Source: Deltaproteobacteria bacterium (GTDB lineage Bacteria; Myxococcota_A; Polyangia; Polyangiales; Houyiibacteriaceae). From it: a stretch of 64,000 nt of DNA. Position 1 is the stretch's first letter; each line of letters begins with the position of its first letter. The notes beneath the pieces are model-generated. The model did not search any database and was not told the origin of the DNA. It worked only from the letters and a program-made list of their open reading frames with translations. The stretch is taken from positions 32,001-96,000 of the forward strand of contig JAXMNT010000026.1 of NCBI GenBank assembly GCA_034670305.1. The letters are read 5' to 3'. Below are positions 37,183 to 47,320 of the stretch, piece after piece. The translations under genes and the position numbers were made by a program.

Positions 37183-39018
37183 TCATGTGCCACCTGCAAA
37201 ACGAGCGTCGCTCGGCGCGGTGCGGCGCACTTCGGACGCCACCGAACGGTCTCCGCGCAGACCGACGAAGAAGAGCCGCAGCGCATCGCCCTGCGACACG
37301 GCGCTCGCCCCCGACGCGCCGAGCGGATGCGCGTCTCGTTCTGCCAGGACCTCGTCGTGGACTGCCCGCCACGCGACGAGCTCATCCGACGCCCACAGCG
37401 CGATGCGCCGGTGGGTGCCGCGTGCGAACGTCGTGTAGAGGCGGTAGCTCCCCGCGTGCACGGTGATCGACGCGTGGATCGCGCCGGCGGTCTGGGCCCG
37501 CAGGTTCAGCCCAGTCTCTTCCCAGCCGCCTCGACCCGGGCGCTGGACGAACACGCGCACTCCGTTGTCCACCGCGACGAAGATCTCGTGGCCGCCGTGG
37601 TGCAGCAGTTGAAACGAACGCCAGGGGACCGCCGGGAGTGTGCGCTCGACCGGGGCGGTCCATCCAAGGTCCGTTCGGAACTGATCGATGAACACCGTGC
37701 GCACGGGCGCGCCGTCCATGTCTTCTTCGACGGCCGCCACCAGCCGCAGCCGCCCCGTCGCGTCGACCACGAGCGTCACCCCACCCCACCGGTCCGCCCA
37801 CTCCGGCAGCGTCGGCGGCGACACCGTCTCGAAACCAGAATCGCCTTCGCGCGCGACGCGGATCTCGTTGTCGCTGACCCGGTACGCGAGCCAAACCGCG
37901 TCCTGCCAGAAGGCGGCGCTCAGCACCTCGGGCTCGTCGACGATGGGTGTCGACCCATCGAAGAGAGGCAGGTTCGAGGTGGGCGACCAGGTGGTCGGCA
38001 TGTCGCACGCCGAGAGTCCGACCTGCAGACTGGAGAGACGCACGCGGCTCTCCCCGTCCGGCAATCCGCCGCTCGGGTTCTCCGTGTGGCCCCAGACGAC
38101 GAGCGTGGCCGACGGGGCGACCGGAAACTGGTGCGAGAGCATGCGGCCGTCGTCGCTGGTCGCGCGGGCTTGACCGTCGGGCGTCAACTCGAGGGTCCAC
38201 GCTTCAGCACTCGACGTCGAAAGCACATCGGTCTGAGCGACGACCCGACCCTCCACGAGCAGGTGCATGCGGCCGCGGGCGGGCGAGAGCTGAAGGGCGA
38301 CGAGCGGTTCGACATGCTGGGTGTTGCTGAGATCTCCATGGGTGGTGAATCCAACCGCGACGCTCTCGAGACAGCGCGCCTCACCGGTGCAGGTGCCGCG
38401 TTCGAAGCCCGCGCGGATCTCGGCGCGGTGGATGCGCAGGTCGAGCGGTGCGGCCAGGAGCACGCCGCTGTCGTATTCCGCGTCGCCACCCGGCGCGAGA
38501 CCGCCCGCGTCGTGGAACGGACCCGGGCTGCCGAACGCGCGCGGCGCCAAACCCGCAATGCAGTCCATGAGCTCGGCTTCGCCACAGGAGAACTCCTCGA
38601 GCGGCACGGGCGCTTCGCGGACCGCGGCGCAACCGACCTCGCCGATGCAACAGCTGGCAAGCGAGGAACACTGCGGGTCCGCGCAGTCGGTCAGTCCGGC
38701 GCCCGCGGTTTCCGGTGCGTCGTTGTCGACCGCGTCGTAGCAGGTCGCGCGGAGCGCCGCGGCGTCGTCACCGTCCATGCCCGGCGGCACCGGCGCTTCG
38801 GCAGAGAATGCTCCCGCGCGGCTGGGATCGGCCGGCACACCACCGAAGTCGGTCTCGAACAGACCGCCCGCATCGGCAAACGACGCATCTCGGTCGCCGC
38901 CCACCCCTCCATCCGGACCGGCGTCCTCGTCCTCGACCCCGGTCAGGTCGAAGGCGGCGCATCCCATGGCCAGGGCGAGCGACCAGGCAAGACAGGAAAG
39001 TGGGAGGGAGCGCGACAC
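37183..39018 (-). CDS. Lipoprotein paralog 3
   Basis: Lipobox AMGC; TCYDAVDND..DCADPQC..LASCC; GGDAEYDSG; CDMP..W. Confidence 0.75.
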   Translation of the reverse strand: MSRSLPLSCLAWSLALAMGCAAFDLTGVEDEDAGPDGGVGGDRDASFADAGGLFETDFGGVPADPSRAGAFSAEAPVPPGMDGDDAAALRATCYDAVDNDAPETAGAGLTDCADPQCSSLASCCIGEVGCAAVREAPVPLEEFSCGEAELMDCIAGLAPRAFGSPGPFHDAGGLAPGGDAEYDSGVLLAAPLDLRIHRAEIRAGFERGTCTGEARCLESVAVGFTTHGDLSNTQHVEPLVALQLSPARGRMHLLVEGRVVAQTDVLSTSSAEAWTLELTPDGQARATSDDGRMLSHQFPVAPSATLVVWGHTENPSGGLPDGESRVRLSSLQVGLSACDMPTTWSPTSNLPLFDGSTPIVDEPEVLSAAFWQDAVWLAYRVSDNEIRVAREGDSGFETVSPPTLPEWADRWGGVTLVVDATGRLRLVAAVEEDMDGAPVRTVFIDQFRTDLGWTAPVERTLPAVPWRSFQLLHHGGHEIFVAVDNGVRVFVQRPGRGGWEETGLNLRAQTAGAIHASITVHAGSYRLYTTFARGTHRRIALWASDELVAWRAVHDEVLAERDAHPLGASGASAVSQGDALRLFFVGLRGDRSVASEVRRTAPSDARFAGGT

Positions 39019-39035
39019 GGTGGAAACAGAGTAAC

Positions 39036-39051
39036 TTCAATGAGCGTGCCA
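39036..39051 (-). promoter_or_regulatory. Possible sigma-54 promoter
   Basis: Minus strand reads TGGCACG-CTCA-TTGA; consensus is TGGCACG-N4-TTGC (one mismatch, at -12). Confidence 0.35.
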
Positions 39052-39202
39052 AGGCTCGAAGTCGTCTTGGGCCTTCGATTGTCCCTCAAAAGCGGGCCGA
39101 AGCGGTCCTCTGCGCCCCGCTATGACAGATCCGCCCGATCGGGCCCGAAGATCTGGCGCGGCCTGACACAGCCCAAGCGGGCCAAGAAGCGGTCGCCAGC
39201 GT

Positions 39203-40939
39203 TCAGATGATGCCGGCTTCGGTCGCGGCGACCCGGAAGGTCGTACCGACCCGCGCGCCCATGCCGTCGTCGCCCACGTAGAGCAGCCGCAGCCCCTCCG
39301 GGGTCGAGGTGGAGGCCGGCGCGGTCACACCCAGCGCATCGAAGCCCTGGCCGGAGCCGCTGAGGACTTCGCCCAGATCCCGCCAGACGACGAGCGCGTC
39401 GCTCACGAAGAGCCGGAGCGACGTCCGGGTGCCGCGGCGGTACGCCACGTGAAGGTGCCACGCGCCGTTGTGCGCCGAGAGCGCGAGTCCGCCCACGCTC
39501 TCGCCATCGCGGGATGTGGGCACGTGGAGGTCCGCACCGGGAAGCACGCTGCCGCCCTCTTGGTACACGGTCCACCCCGCCGATGTCTGCGCCGCCATGA
39601 CGAACAGGCCGCCTTCGGTTCGGGCAACGACGGGTTCGAATGCGTCGCGAAGCACCACGGTCCCGACGTTCCCGAACGAGTCGCCTTCCGCGGGCATGCG
39701 CTCGATCGTGGGCGAGCCATCGGCGCGCCGCACCGTGAGGTACAAGTGCCAGTTCGTCCCATCGTGATCGAGTTCCGGATCCTCGAAGGTCTCGTCGCCG
39801 AGCGGGCGCACGGTCTCCCCGACGACCAAGGTCTCGCCCTCGATGCGGCCGAGCTGAACGACGTCGTTCTGCATCCACGCGACCCGCACTTCGCCGCCGG
39901 CCGAGTGCACGGTCGGCGTCTCTCCCTCGGCCAGGACGGAGCGCTCCGACCAAGCGGTGGGGATGTCGCAGAGAGACAGCCTCGTGGAGAGCGCCCGGAC
40001 CCGCGCAGGACTCAACGACCCGGCGTCGGTGTTGCGGGCGCGTCCGTAGAGCGCAACCCGCGCAAGCCCCGTCTCTGACGGGAGAAACACTGTTTCGTAG
40101 TCGAACGTATCCGACCCGAGCACCACCGACACATCGCCGGTCGGTCGCACGATCAGTCCCACCGTGAAGTCATCGGTGCGGGGCACGTCGTGGCGCCCTT
40201 GCTCGCGGCCGCCGACGAGCAGCATCAGCCGCGACTGCGAGCCGCTGTAGACCAGCGCGACTTCTGAATCGGCGAGCACCCCCGCCCCCGTCTCGGGCAG
40301 GTTGGAGACCAAACCGAGCACGGTCGTCTCGAGACAATCGGAGCCGCATGTCTGGGGCGGCGAGATCGTCGCGCTCAGCTCCACCCGCTGGGTGGTCAGG
40401 TCGATCGGTGCACCGAAGAGCGCGCCGCCTTCCCCGAATGCGTCACCCCGCATCACCAGGCCCTCGGCCGTCGTCTCGAGACCGAGACCGAACGGCGTGG
40501 CGGTCGGTGCGCAGCTGCCGAGATCCGCGCCGCACAGGGTCAGGTCCATCGTGCCGACCGAGGTGTCGGTGCAGCAGTCGCCGTTGCCAGTGCAGCAGTA
40601 ACCGAGCGAGGCGCAACGTGCGTCCTCGCAGTCGATGATGCCGCTCCCGTCGTTGTCCTCGCCGTCGGCACAGGTCAGGACGTAGTCGTTCGCGTCGAGC
40701 CCGACGTCCGGGTCGGCTTCGCCCGCCACCCGGCTCGGGTCGGCGCGGAGCCCTTGCGGGCTGGATTCGGGCCCACCGTCGGCTCCGGCACCGACGTCTT
40801 CCGGCGCCATGCCGCCATCGAACGTTTCGCCAGCGTCGTCGACTCCGACCGGCGGGTAGGTGTCGCCCGCGTCGCCACACCCGACGAAGCACGCCGCGAA
40901 AGCGAACCAGACGAGAGGGGACGAGGTGAGGTGTGTCAT
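39203..40939 (-). CDS. Lipoprotein paralog 2
   Basis: Lipobox FVGC; TCADGEDNDGSGIIDCED..C..LGYCC; CDIP..W; GFDALGV..P. Confidence 0.75.
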   Translation of the reverse strand: MTHLTSSPLVWFAFAACFVGCGDAGDTYPPVGVDDAGETFDGGMAPEDVGAGADGGPESSPQGLRADPSRVAGEADPDVGLDANDYVLTCADGEDNDGSGIIDCEDARCASLGYCCTGNGDCCTDTSVGTMDLTLCGADLGSCAPTATPFGLGLETTAEGLVMRGDAFGEGGALFGAPIDLTTQRVELSATISPPQTCGSDCLETTVLGLVSNLPETGAGVLADSEVALVYSGSQSRLMLLVGGREQGRHDVPRTDDFTVGLIVRPTGDVSVVLGSDTFDYETVFLPSETGLARVALYGRARNTDAGSLSPARVRALSTRLSLCDIPTAWSERSVLAEGETPTVHSAGGEVRVAWMQNDVVQLGRIEGETLVVGETVRPLGDETFEDPELDHDGTNWHLYLTVRRADGSPTIERMPAEGDSFGNVGTVVLRDAFEPVVARTEGGLFVMAAQTSAGWTVYQEGGSVLPGADLHVPTSRDGESVGGLALSAHNGAWHLHVAYRRGTRTSLRLFVSDALVVWRDLGEVLSGSGQGFDALGVTAPASTSTPEGLRLLYVGDDGMGARVGTTFRVAATEAGII

Positions 40940-42906
40940 AGGCTCAGCGGGTTCCAGACCTGGTCGAGCGGGAAGAGCTCGAAGCGACGACCGCTCTCAC
41001 CAATAGGCACCTTTCGTGCCACGAGAAACCGCAGGTCCGCCGTGCCGGTTCGCCGCGCGACCGTGAAGGACTCGATGGAGCACCCGACACAGCCGTTGGA
41101 GAACGCAGGCATCGACGCTTCGAGGACCGGGTTCGCTGGGTAGGGTTGGAACGTCGGTGCCTGGTCGGCGCCGTCCTTCGGCTGACCAAGCGCCAGGCCG
41201 ATCGCCACTTCGCCGTCGATGAAGCCGGCGAACCAGAGCCGGAACACCGGCGCCGTCCCATCGGTCCGGTCCACGACCACCTCGGGGTTGAAGATCTCGC
41301 CTCCGAACCGGCCGAAATCGGTGCCCGGCGCAAACACCGGAAGCGACGGCTCGCCCTCCACCGGGCGGATGGTCACCAGCAGCGTGAGGTTCTGCATGCG
41401 CAGGTGGGTGTCGCCGGTGCGCGCCACGCAGGTGAAAAAGAGCCAGGCGTTCGCCGCATCGCCCGGGTTCGAGACCAGGAAGGGATCCCGGAGCGAGCGG
41501 CAGTCGGTCTCGCGCGCGACGTCGAGGACCAGCCGCTCCGGGCCGATCGGACCCACCGAAGGTTCTTCGTCCAGCTCCTGGATGTGGATCGAGTAGGCGT
41601 CGTCGTTCAAGGCCGACTTGGCGTACAGGACGTAGAGCGTGTCGGCGCCCTCGAAGAGCGAAGGATCGCGCACCTTGTCGGCCGGCGGCGCGCCGGGACA
41701 CGTGCCATCCCAGCACGACGGCGGCTGCGCGCCGAGCTGAGGCGTCTCGGACGAGTTCAGCCACTGGTCGTTCCAGCTTCCGGGCGTCTGTCGGGCATGG
41801 CCGATCGACCACCCCACCGCGGCGGTCGTCTCGATCTCGGGTTGGTCGTTGGTGGCTTCGGCGACGACTTGCCAGTTGCCGTCGACGAACAAAAGGCCCG
41901 GCGATCCGATCGCCTCGTCCGCCCACTCGTCTCCAGAGGATGGCGGAGAGAAACTGAGCGAGCTGGTCAGCACCAGTTCTTCGCCAGACGTGAGCGGGTT
42001 GTCGGTGGTGCCGAACTGGTTCGGGTTCGTGCATTGGCCACTGAGGATGTCCACGTCGCCTTGGACGTGAATCGCGTTGCCGCGTCCTTCCACGGCCACG
42101 AAGAGTCCGCCGATGTTCGCGCACGCGCCGGTCTGGGTAAGGTTGCGAAGATCGATCGGCGCCGCCTGGAAGACGCCGTCCGCCCCGATCCGCACGGTCG
42201 GAAGGAGCGCCGGTCGATCCCCATCGAACCCGGGTACGAGCGAGATCACGACCGAGTGTTCGCCGATGCCGAGGCTGCCCGAGGACGATTCGTCGCCGGC
42301 CTGGGTCACGGAGAAGTCGCCGCCTGCGCTGACCGTCACCGACAGCTCGTCGGCCAACCGCGGCCGTCCGCCCTGGGTCCGGACGGGGCTGAGTGTGACC
42401 GCCGCGTATTCGCAGTCTCCGTCCGTGCATGTCTCGCCCGTGACGTCGAAGCGCACGCTCACGCGGCCCCCGCCCGCGAAGGGGACGCAGTCCTCGAACA
42501 CGACCCCGTTCGGATCCGCGAAGTCCACCAGTGCACCGCCCATGACCGTCGGCTCCATGCGAGTGGGCGCGCTCCGGTTCCAGTCGCTCAGATCGCCGAA
42601 GCTCGACTGATCGAGCACGGACACCCCAACGTCCGCGTTGCAGCACGACGCGCTCTCGGCGCAGTCGAAGTCCGCGCAGTCGATGAGGCCGTCGAGGTCG
42701 TCGTCCGCCATGTTGTCGCAGACCTCCATCGGCGGCACGAACGCGTCCCCGGTGTCGACCCCGGCGTCTTGTCCCCCGTCGGCTGCGTCGATCGGCGGCG
42801 CGTCCATGCCGCCGGCGTCCTCGACGATCCGGTCGCGGTCGGGCGCATTGAGGAGCGAACATCCGGAGACCGCCGCGAGGGCACAGAAGCAACAGAGCAA
42901 GCGCAT
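40936..42906 (-). CDS. Lipoprotein paralog 1 (most diverged)
   Basis: Lipobox VSGC; EVCDNMADDDLDGLIDCADFDC...CC; propeller-like RDP.L and YPANPVL motifs; start overlaps the PEGA gene stop. Confidence 0.75.
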   Translation of the reverse strand: MRLLCCFCALAAVSGCSLLNAPDRDRIVEDAGGMDAPPIDAADGGQDAGVDTGDAFVPPMEVCDNMADDDLDGLIDCADFDCAESASCCNADVGVSVLDQSSFGDLSDWNRSAPTRMEPTVMGGALVDFADPNGVVFEDCVPFAGGGRVSVRFDVTGETCTDGDCEYAAVTLSPVRTQGGRPRLADELSVTVSAGGDFSVTQAGDESSSGSLGIGEHSVVISLVPGFDGDRPALLPTVRIGADGVFQAAPIDLRNLTQTGACANIGGLFVAVEGRGNAIHVQGDVDILSGQCTNPNQFGTTDNPLTSGEELVLTSSLSFSPPSSGDEWADEAIGSPGLLFVDGNWQVVAEATNDQPEIETTAAVGWSIGHARQTPGSWNDQWLNSSETPQLGAQPPSCWDGTCPGAPPADKVRDPSLFEGADTLYVLYAKSALNDDAYSIHIQELDEEPSVGPIGPERLVLDVARETDCRSLRDPFLVSNPGDAANAWLFFTCVARTGDTHLRMQNLTLLVTIRPVEGEPSLPVFAPGTDFGRFGGEIFNPEVVVDRTDGTAPVFRLWFAGFIDGEVAIGLALGQPKDGADQAPTFQPYPANPVLEASMPAFSNGCVGCSIESFTVARRTGTADLRFLVARKVPIGESGRRFELFPLDQVWNPLSL

Positions 42907-44294
42907 CAGAACGTCCCCCCGAGCGTGGCCACGCCGCCGTTGCGGGTCGGCGCGAGCCCGAACTGCACGTCGGCCTCCGACGGTTCGTCCGGTGCATCCG
43001 AGTTCACCAGGTAGAGGATGAGCGTCGTGATCGCGAGCGCAGCAGCCGCTCCGAGGATGCCGTCTGCGAGGTGGTTCGCCCGGTCGACGTCGTCGGCCAT
43101 CGAGGTGCACTGAGACACCGTGCCGCCCGGACACGCGTCTTCGAAGTCGTCCTTCAAGCGCAGGGCCCGGACCATGAGTCCCACCGTCACGGCGGCGGCG
43201 GCGGCGGTCACACCGAGCGCCACGTGCGGCAGCGCCCCGAGCCGGGTGCCTTGTCCGGCAGCACCGAGCCGAACCGCGACGTTCGTCGTCGCACCAGCGC
43301 GCGTTTCGACCGGCGCGACGTAGCGGGCATGGCCCGGCGCGCGGACGTCCACCTCGTGCGGCCCGGGATCGACCTCGATGTCGACCTCGCCCTGACCCAC
43401 CAGCCGTCCGTCGACCCGAACTTCAGCCCCCTCGATGCTCGCCACGCGCAGCCGTGCCTGGCCGAGCGGCGCAAGCGTGATCGACACCCGACCGTCTTCG
43501 CCCGGCGCCAGCACGACGTGGCGCACCGCGGTCGGCCGCCCGCTGGCTTCGAGCCGAACCTCATGTTCACCGGGCGACACCTGCTGCGGCCCTGGCTGAA
43601 TCGGCGCGCCGTCGAGGCTGAGCGTGCCGGTCCCCGAAGACGCCGGCGGCACCTCCACGATCAACGTCACCGGCTCGGGGACCAAGCGCCCCTGCACCTC
43701 GGTGGCTTCGCCGAGCACGAGGTTGGTTTCGACTCGGAAGTCCGCGTGGTGGGGTGCCCGGAGGTAGACGACGTGTGCACCGGGCGGCAGCGCGACCTCG
43801 AGCGGGGTCGTGCCGCGGGGCGCGAGGTCCAGCCGGTCCACGAACACCTGGGCGCCCGCCGGCGCACTCGCCACACGCAGCACCGCCACGTGCTGCCGAA
43901 GTTCCGCGATGCGGGCTTCTCCATCGGTGCGCTCTTGGGCGCTCAGCCCGTCGATCGCCAAGTACTCCCGGAAGTACCCGAAGGCTTCGGCCGGTCGCTC
44001 GAGGCGGGTCAGTACGAGCCCCGCGTTGAAGATCGCATTCCGGCTTCGAACGATCCGCACCGTCGACACGAACGCCTCGAGGGCGTCTTCGAGCAACGCG
44101 CGCTGACGGGCACCGCGGGCGCGGTCGGCGCGCTCCAGCAAGCGGTTGCCTCGGTCGAAGAACACCCGCGCTTCGGCGTTGGGATCGTTGACCTGCGCAG
44201 ACGCGACGCTCGGCGGCAGCACGGAGGTGCCCGACAGCAACGGCATGCCGATCGCGATCGAGAAGAGAAGAGGGCGTAAGGAGAAGCGGATCAC
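42906..44294 (-). CDS. TPR + multiple PEGA domain exported protein
   Basis: Signal peptide, EAR..FDRG..FN.G..YL TPR-like region, SAPAGAQVFVD..GTTPL, C-terminal hydrophobic helices ending GGTF. Confidence 0.85.
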   Translation of the reverse strand: MIRFSLRPLLFSIAIGMPLLSGTSVLPPSVASAQVNDPNAEARVFFDRGNRLLERADRARGARQRALLEDALEAFVSTVRIVRSRNAIFNAGLVLTRLERPAEAFGYFREYLAIDGLSAQERTDGEARIAELRQHVAVLRVASAPAGAQVFVDRLDLAPRGTTPLEVALPPGAHVVYLRAPHHADFRVETNLVLGEATEVQGRLVPEPVTLIVEVPPASSGTGTLSLDGAPIQPGPQQVSPGEHEVRLEASGRPTAVRHVVLAPGEDGRVSITLAPLGQARLRVASIEGAEVRVDGRLVGQGEVDIEVDPGPHEVDVRAPGHARYVAPVETRAGATTNVAVRLGAAGQGTRLGALPHVALGVTAAAAAVTVGLMVRALRLKDDFEDACPGGTVSQCTSMADDVDRANHLADGILGAAAALAITTLILYLVNSDAPDEPSEADVQFGLAPTRNGGVATLGGTF

Positions 44295-44340
44295 AGAAGT
44301 CGTTCGAAAGCGGAAGAGAGACCGGTGCGTCGGACCGCGG

Positions 44341-45972
44341 TCACAACATGGTGCGGTGTTCGGTCATCGACATGGGAGCAGAACCCACCCCGGCACGTCG
44401 TTGCAAGCGCCCTTCGATCACGGCGCCTTCGGCGGCGACCCCTTCGAAGCCGGCGGCGCGGTACCCACGGAGCCGGTACGTCACTTCCAGCGACTCCCCT
44501 TCGGGGAACGACAGCTCGAGCGGGGTGACGCCGAGTCGCTCGTCGCCGCGCAGGACCGTCGCGCCTGGAGGGTCGGACACGAAACGAACGACCTGCGGGA
44601 CCGGTGTCAACGCACCCTCCGGCAGCCGGTCGGTCGTTGGCGCCGCCTGCATCTCGGTCGGCATCTCGGTGGGCTGCACTTTGGTCGGCGGTTCGGTTTC
44701 GGGCCCGGTTTCCAAGCGCGTGGTCGGCTCGACCGCATCGTCCCCCATCTGCGAGAGGCCGAGGCCGACGAGGAGCAGCAAGACCGCACCGGCCAGACCG
44801 ATCCAGGGCAGGCGGGAGGGCCCCGCAACCGGTTCGGGCGTGGCGACAGCAGCCGGCTCGGGCAGAGACGCCCGTGCGGACGGCGGCACACTCATGAGCC
44901 GGCCAGGATCCGCGTCGATGTCGGGCGCGGCAGCCGAGAGTGCTGCGGACAACGCCGCCATGCTCTGTGGCCGGTCGGCGGGGTCCTTGGCGAGGGCTTT
45001 CAAGATCGCCGCTTCGACGGCGGCCGGCATCGACACGTACTCGCTCGGCGGTTTGGGCTCCTCGTTCCCGTGTTTCCAGAGCAACTGGAAGTAGTTGCCG
45101 CCTTCGAAGGGCGGCCGGGCGGTCAACATCTCGTAGAGCATGACGCCGAGTGCGTAGATGTCGGCGCGGTGGTCGACGTCGGCTTCGCCGCGCGCCTGTT
45201 CCGGCGACATGTACAGCGGCGTGCCGACGAGCTGCCCGGTGCGCGTCATGCGGACCTGTTCGGCTTCGGCGGTCTTCACCTTGCTGATCCCGAAGTCGAG
45301 GATCTTCACGAAGTCCGAGTCCCGTTTGCGGCAGATGAAGACGTTCTCGGGTTTCAGATCCCGGTGCACGATCCCGCCGTCGTGGGCAGCCTGCAGCGCC
45401 TCGCACATCTGGTGGGCGATCGGCAGCGCCCGGGACAGCGCCATGGGACCCGGTTCGATCACGTCCGCGAGGCTCTTGCCCTCGAGCATCTCCATGACGA
45501 GGAACACACGGCCGTCGTCGGTCGCGTCGAAGCTCACCACGTCTACGATGTTGTCGTGGTCGATGCTGCTGGCCGCCCGCGCTTCCTGTTTGAGGCGGTC
45601 GATCGCGCTCTTGTTGGCGGCGACTTTGTCCGAGAGCACCTTCACCGCGAAGGGTTTGTCGAGGTGGATGTGGACCGCCATGTAGACGGTGCCCATGCCG
45701 CCTTCCCCGATCCGGCTGTCGACCTTGTACAGGCCGCTGAGCACCCGGCCGATCATCGGATCGGGCCCCTCGTCCGCGTCGTCGTCGTCGTAGACGATCG
45801 TCGGGCCCGTCTTGCCGGGGGGTGCCTCGTGAGGGCCGGAGAGGTCGTCGTCGGAGCTGGCGCCAACCGTCTTGGCGAGCGGATCGGTGCTGCTGAGCGC
45901 AGGCGTCTCCGCCCCGCCTGATTGAGTGTCTTTCGTCGGGTCGTCGACCGCCGGCTCTCGCTCCGCCTCCAG
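44341..45972 (-). CDS. Membrane Ser/Thr protein kinase with a C-terminal PEGA domain
   Basis: IGEGGMG.VY, AVK, HRDLKPEN, DFG, GTPLYMSPEQ; TM helix; SDPPGA.V..LGVTP. Start uncertain (possible CTG at 45972). Confidence 0.9.
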   Translation of the reverse strand: MEAEREPAVDDPTKDTQSGGAETPALSSTDPLAKTVGASSDDDLSGPHEAPPGKTGPTIVYDDDDADEGPDPMIGRVLSGLYKVDSRIGEGGMGTVYMAVHIHLDKPFAVKVLSDKVAANKSAIDRLKQEARAASSIDHDNIVDVVSFDATDDGRVFLVMEMLEGKSLADVIEPGPMALSRALPIAHQMCEALQAAHDGGIVHRDLKPENVFICRKRDSDFVKILDFGISKVKTAEAEQVRMTRTGQLVGTPLYMSPEQARGEADVDHRADIYALGVMLYEMLTARPPFEGGNYFQLLWKHGNEEPKPPSEYVSMPAAVEAAILKALAKDPADRPQSMAALSAALSAAAPDIDADPGRLMSVPPSARASLPEPAAVATPEPVAGPSRLPWIGLAGAVLLLLVGLGLSQMGDDAVEPTTRLETGPETEPPTKVQPTEMPTEMQAAPTTDRLPEGALTPVPQVVRFVSDPPGATVLRGDERLGVTPLELSFPEGESLEVTYRLRGYRAAGFEGVAAEGAVIEGRLQRRAGVGSAPMSMTEHRTML

Positions 45973-46148
45973 GGGATCCCTCCGTCGGCGCAGCCTACCA
46001 CGGGGTTTGCAGCCACGCCGCGGTTCAGGACTCGGACGTTTGTCGAGAGATGCGGACCAGTTGTCGGGGCCTTGCCCCTGCAGAAGGACGCCAGAGCAAC
46101 TGGTCCAACGTCGCGCGGGTGGACCACGGGGTGTAGAAAGCAACCTGC

Positions 46149-46832
46149 GTGCCCCGCCTCTCCGACCAAGCCGAAGCCCTCCTCGACGCGGTCGGCGAAG
46201 ATGGCCAGTCCACCACACTCAAGCCGCGCCGCGGACACGTCCGATTGCTCCCCGGCAACCTCGGCAACGCCTTGTGGACCTCGCGCCCCTGGCTCCCCTA
46301 CGTCTGGTTCGCCCCCGTCGTCTCAGCGTGCCTCGAAGTCGCACCCCCAGCCGCCGAAGTCGGGGTGACCGTGCCAATCCCGGCCATGCTCGCCATCCCC
46401 GCCCTGTGGCTGAGCGGCGCCCTCGCCTGGATGTTGCTCGAGTACCTCATGCACCGCTTCTTCTTCCACCTCCGTGGAGACGGCCGACTCGTGCGCGGTT
46501 TCCGCTTCCTCGTCCACGAACACCACCACGCCCACCCCTGGGACGAACGCCGCATCGCCGCGACTTGGTGGCAGATGTCGCTCGCCATGCTCTTGCTCTT
46601 CGGCATCGAACGCGCGTTGGCGCCCGTCCTGTGGCCCCACGTCTTTCTCGGCAGCCTGGTCGCCTACCTCCTCTACGAAGCGATCCACCACCGCATCCAC
46701 CACGACCAAGAAGGCGGCCGGTTGCTGCGGGCCATCCGCGCCCACCACCTGAGGCACCACCACGGGCCAGACGGTGCGAAGCGCGGCTACGGGATCAGCA
46801 GCCCCGTCTTCGACTGGCTCTTCCGAACATGA
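46149..46832 (+). CDS. Fatty acid hydroxylase / sterol desaturase family protein
   Basis: EY.MHRF.FH, H..HH..P, HHRIHH, HH.RHH, YG.SS..FD..F; start uncertain. Confidence 0.85.
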   Translation: MPRLSDQAEALLDAVGEDGQSTTLKPRRGHVRLLPGNLGNALWTSRPWLPYVWFAPVVSACLEVAPPAAEVGVTVPIPAMLAIPALWLSGALAWMLLEYLMHRFFFHLRGDGRLVRGFRFLVHEHHHAHPWDERRIAATWWQMSLAMLLLFGIERALAPVLWPHVFLGSLVAYLLYEAIHHRIHHDQEGGRLLRAIRAHHLRHHHGPDGAKRGYGISSPVFDWLFRT

Positions 46833-47059
46833 AACTCGGCGCGTCGCGCTTTGGTGACCGGCCGACGGCCCAAGCATCGGTACCAGGCCGCTCCCTGCGC
46901 GGCGGCCTCACTTAACATGACAGCGCGGTCATGCTAAGTGCCGCCTCCTCCGGAGGCTGCAATGAAACGTACGACCACAGACGTGCTCAGCGGTGGGCTT
47001 GGTGCCGCTGATTCTCTGAAACCAGTCCGGCCGACCACCCGTGCGGCGAGGAGCCACGC

Positions 47060-47320
47060 ATGAACGACGAACTCGAAGCCGAGCTGTGTGTCCTGATCGT
47101 CAAAGCGCTGCTCTTGGAGGACGTCACCCCGTCCGACATCGACCCCGCCGCCCCGCTCTTCGGCGAGGGTCTTGGTCTCGACAGCATCGACGCACTGGAG
47201 CTCGCGCTGGCGATCGAAAAGAAGTACGGGGTGCGCCTCAAGTCGACCGATGAATCCAGGGTGCACTTCACGTCGGTCCGGACTCTGGCTGCGCATGTGG
47301 CGGCGGAGCGGCCCGCATGA
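47060..47320 (+). CDS. Acyl carrier protein
   Basis: LFGEGLGLDSIDALEL phosphopantetheine site; GAGGAG RBS. Confidence 0.9.
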   Translation: MNDELEAELCVLIVKALLLEDVTPSDIDPAAPLFGEGLGLDSIDALELALAIEKKYGVRLKSTDESRVHFTSVRTLAAHVAAERPA

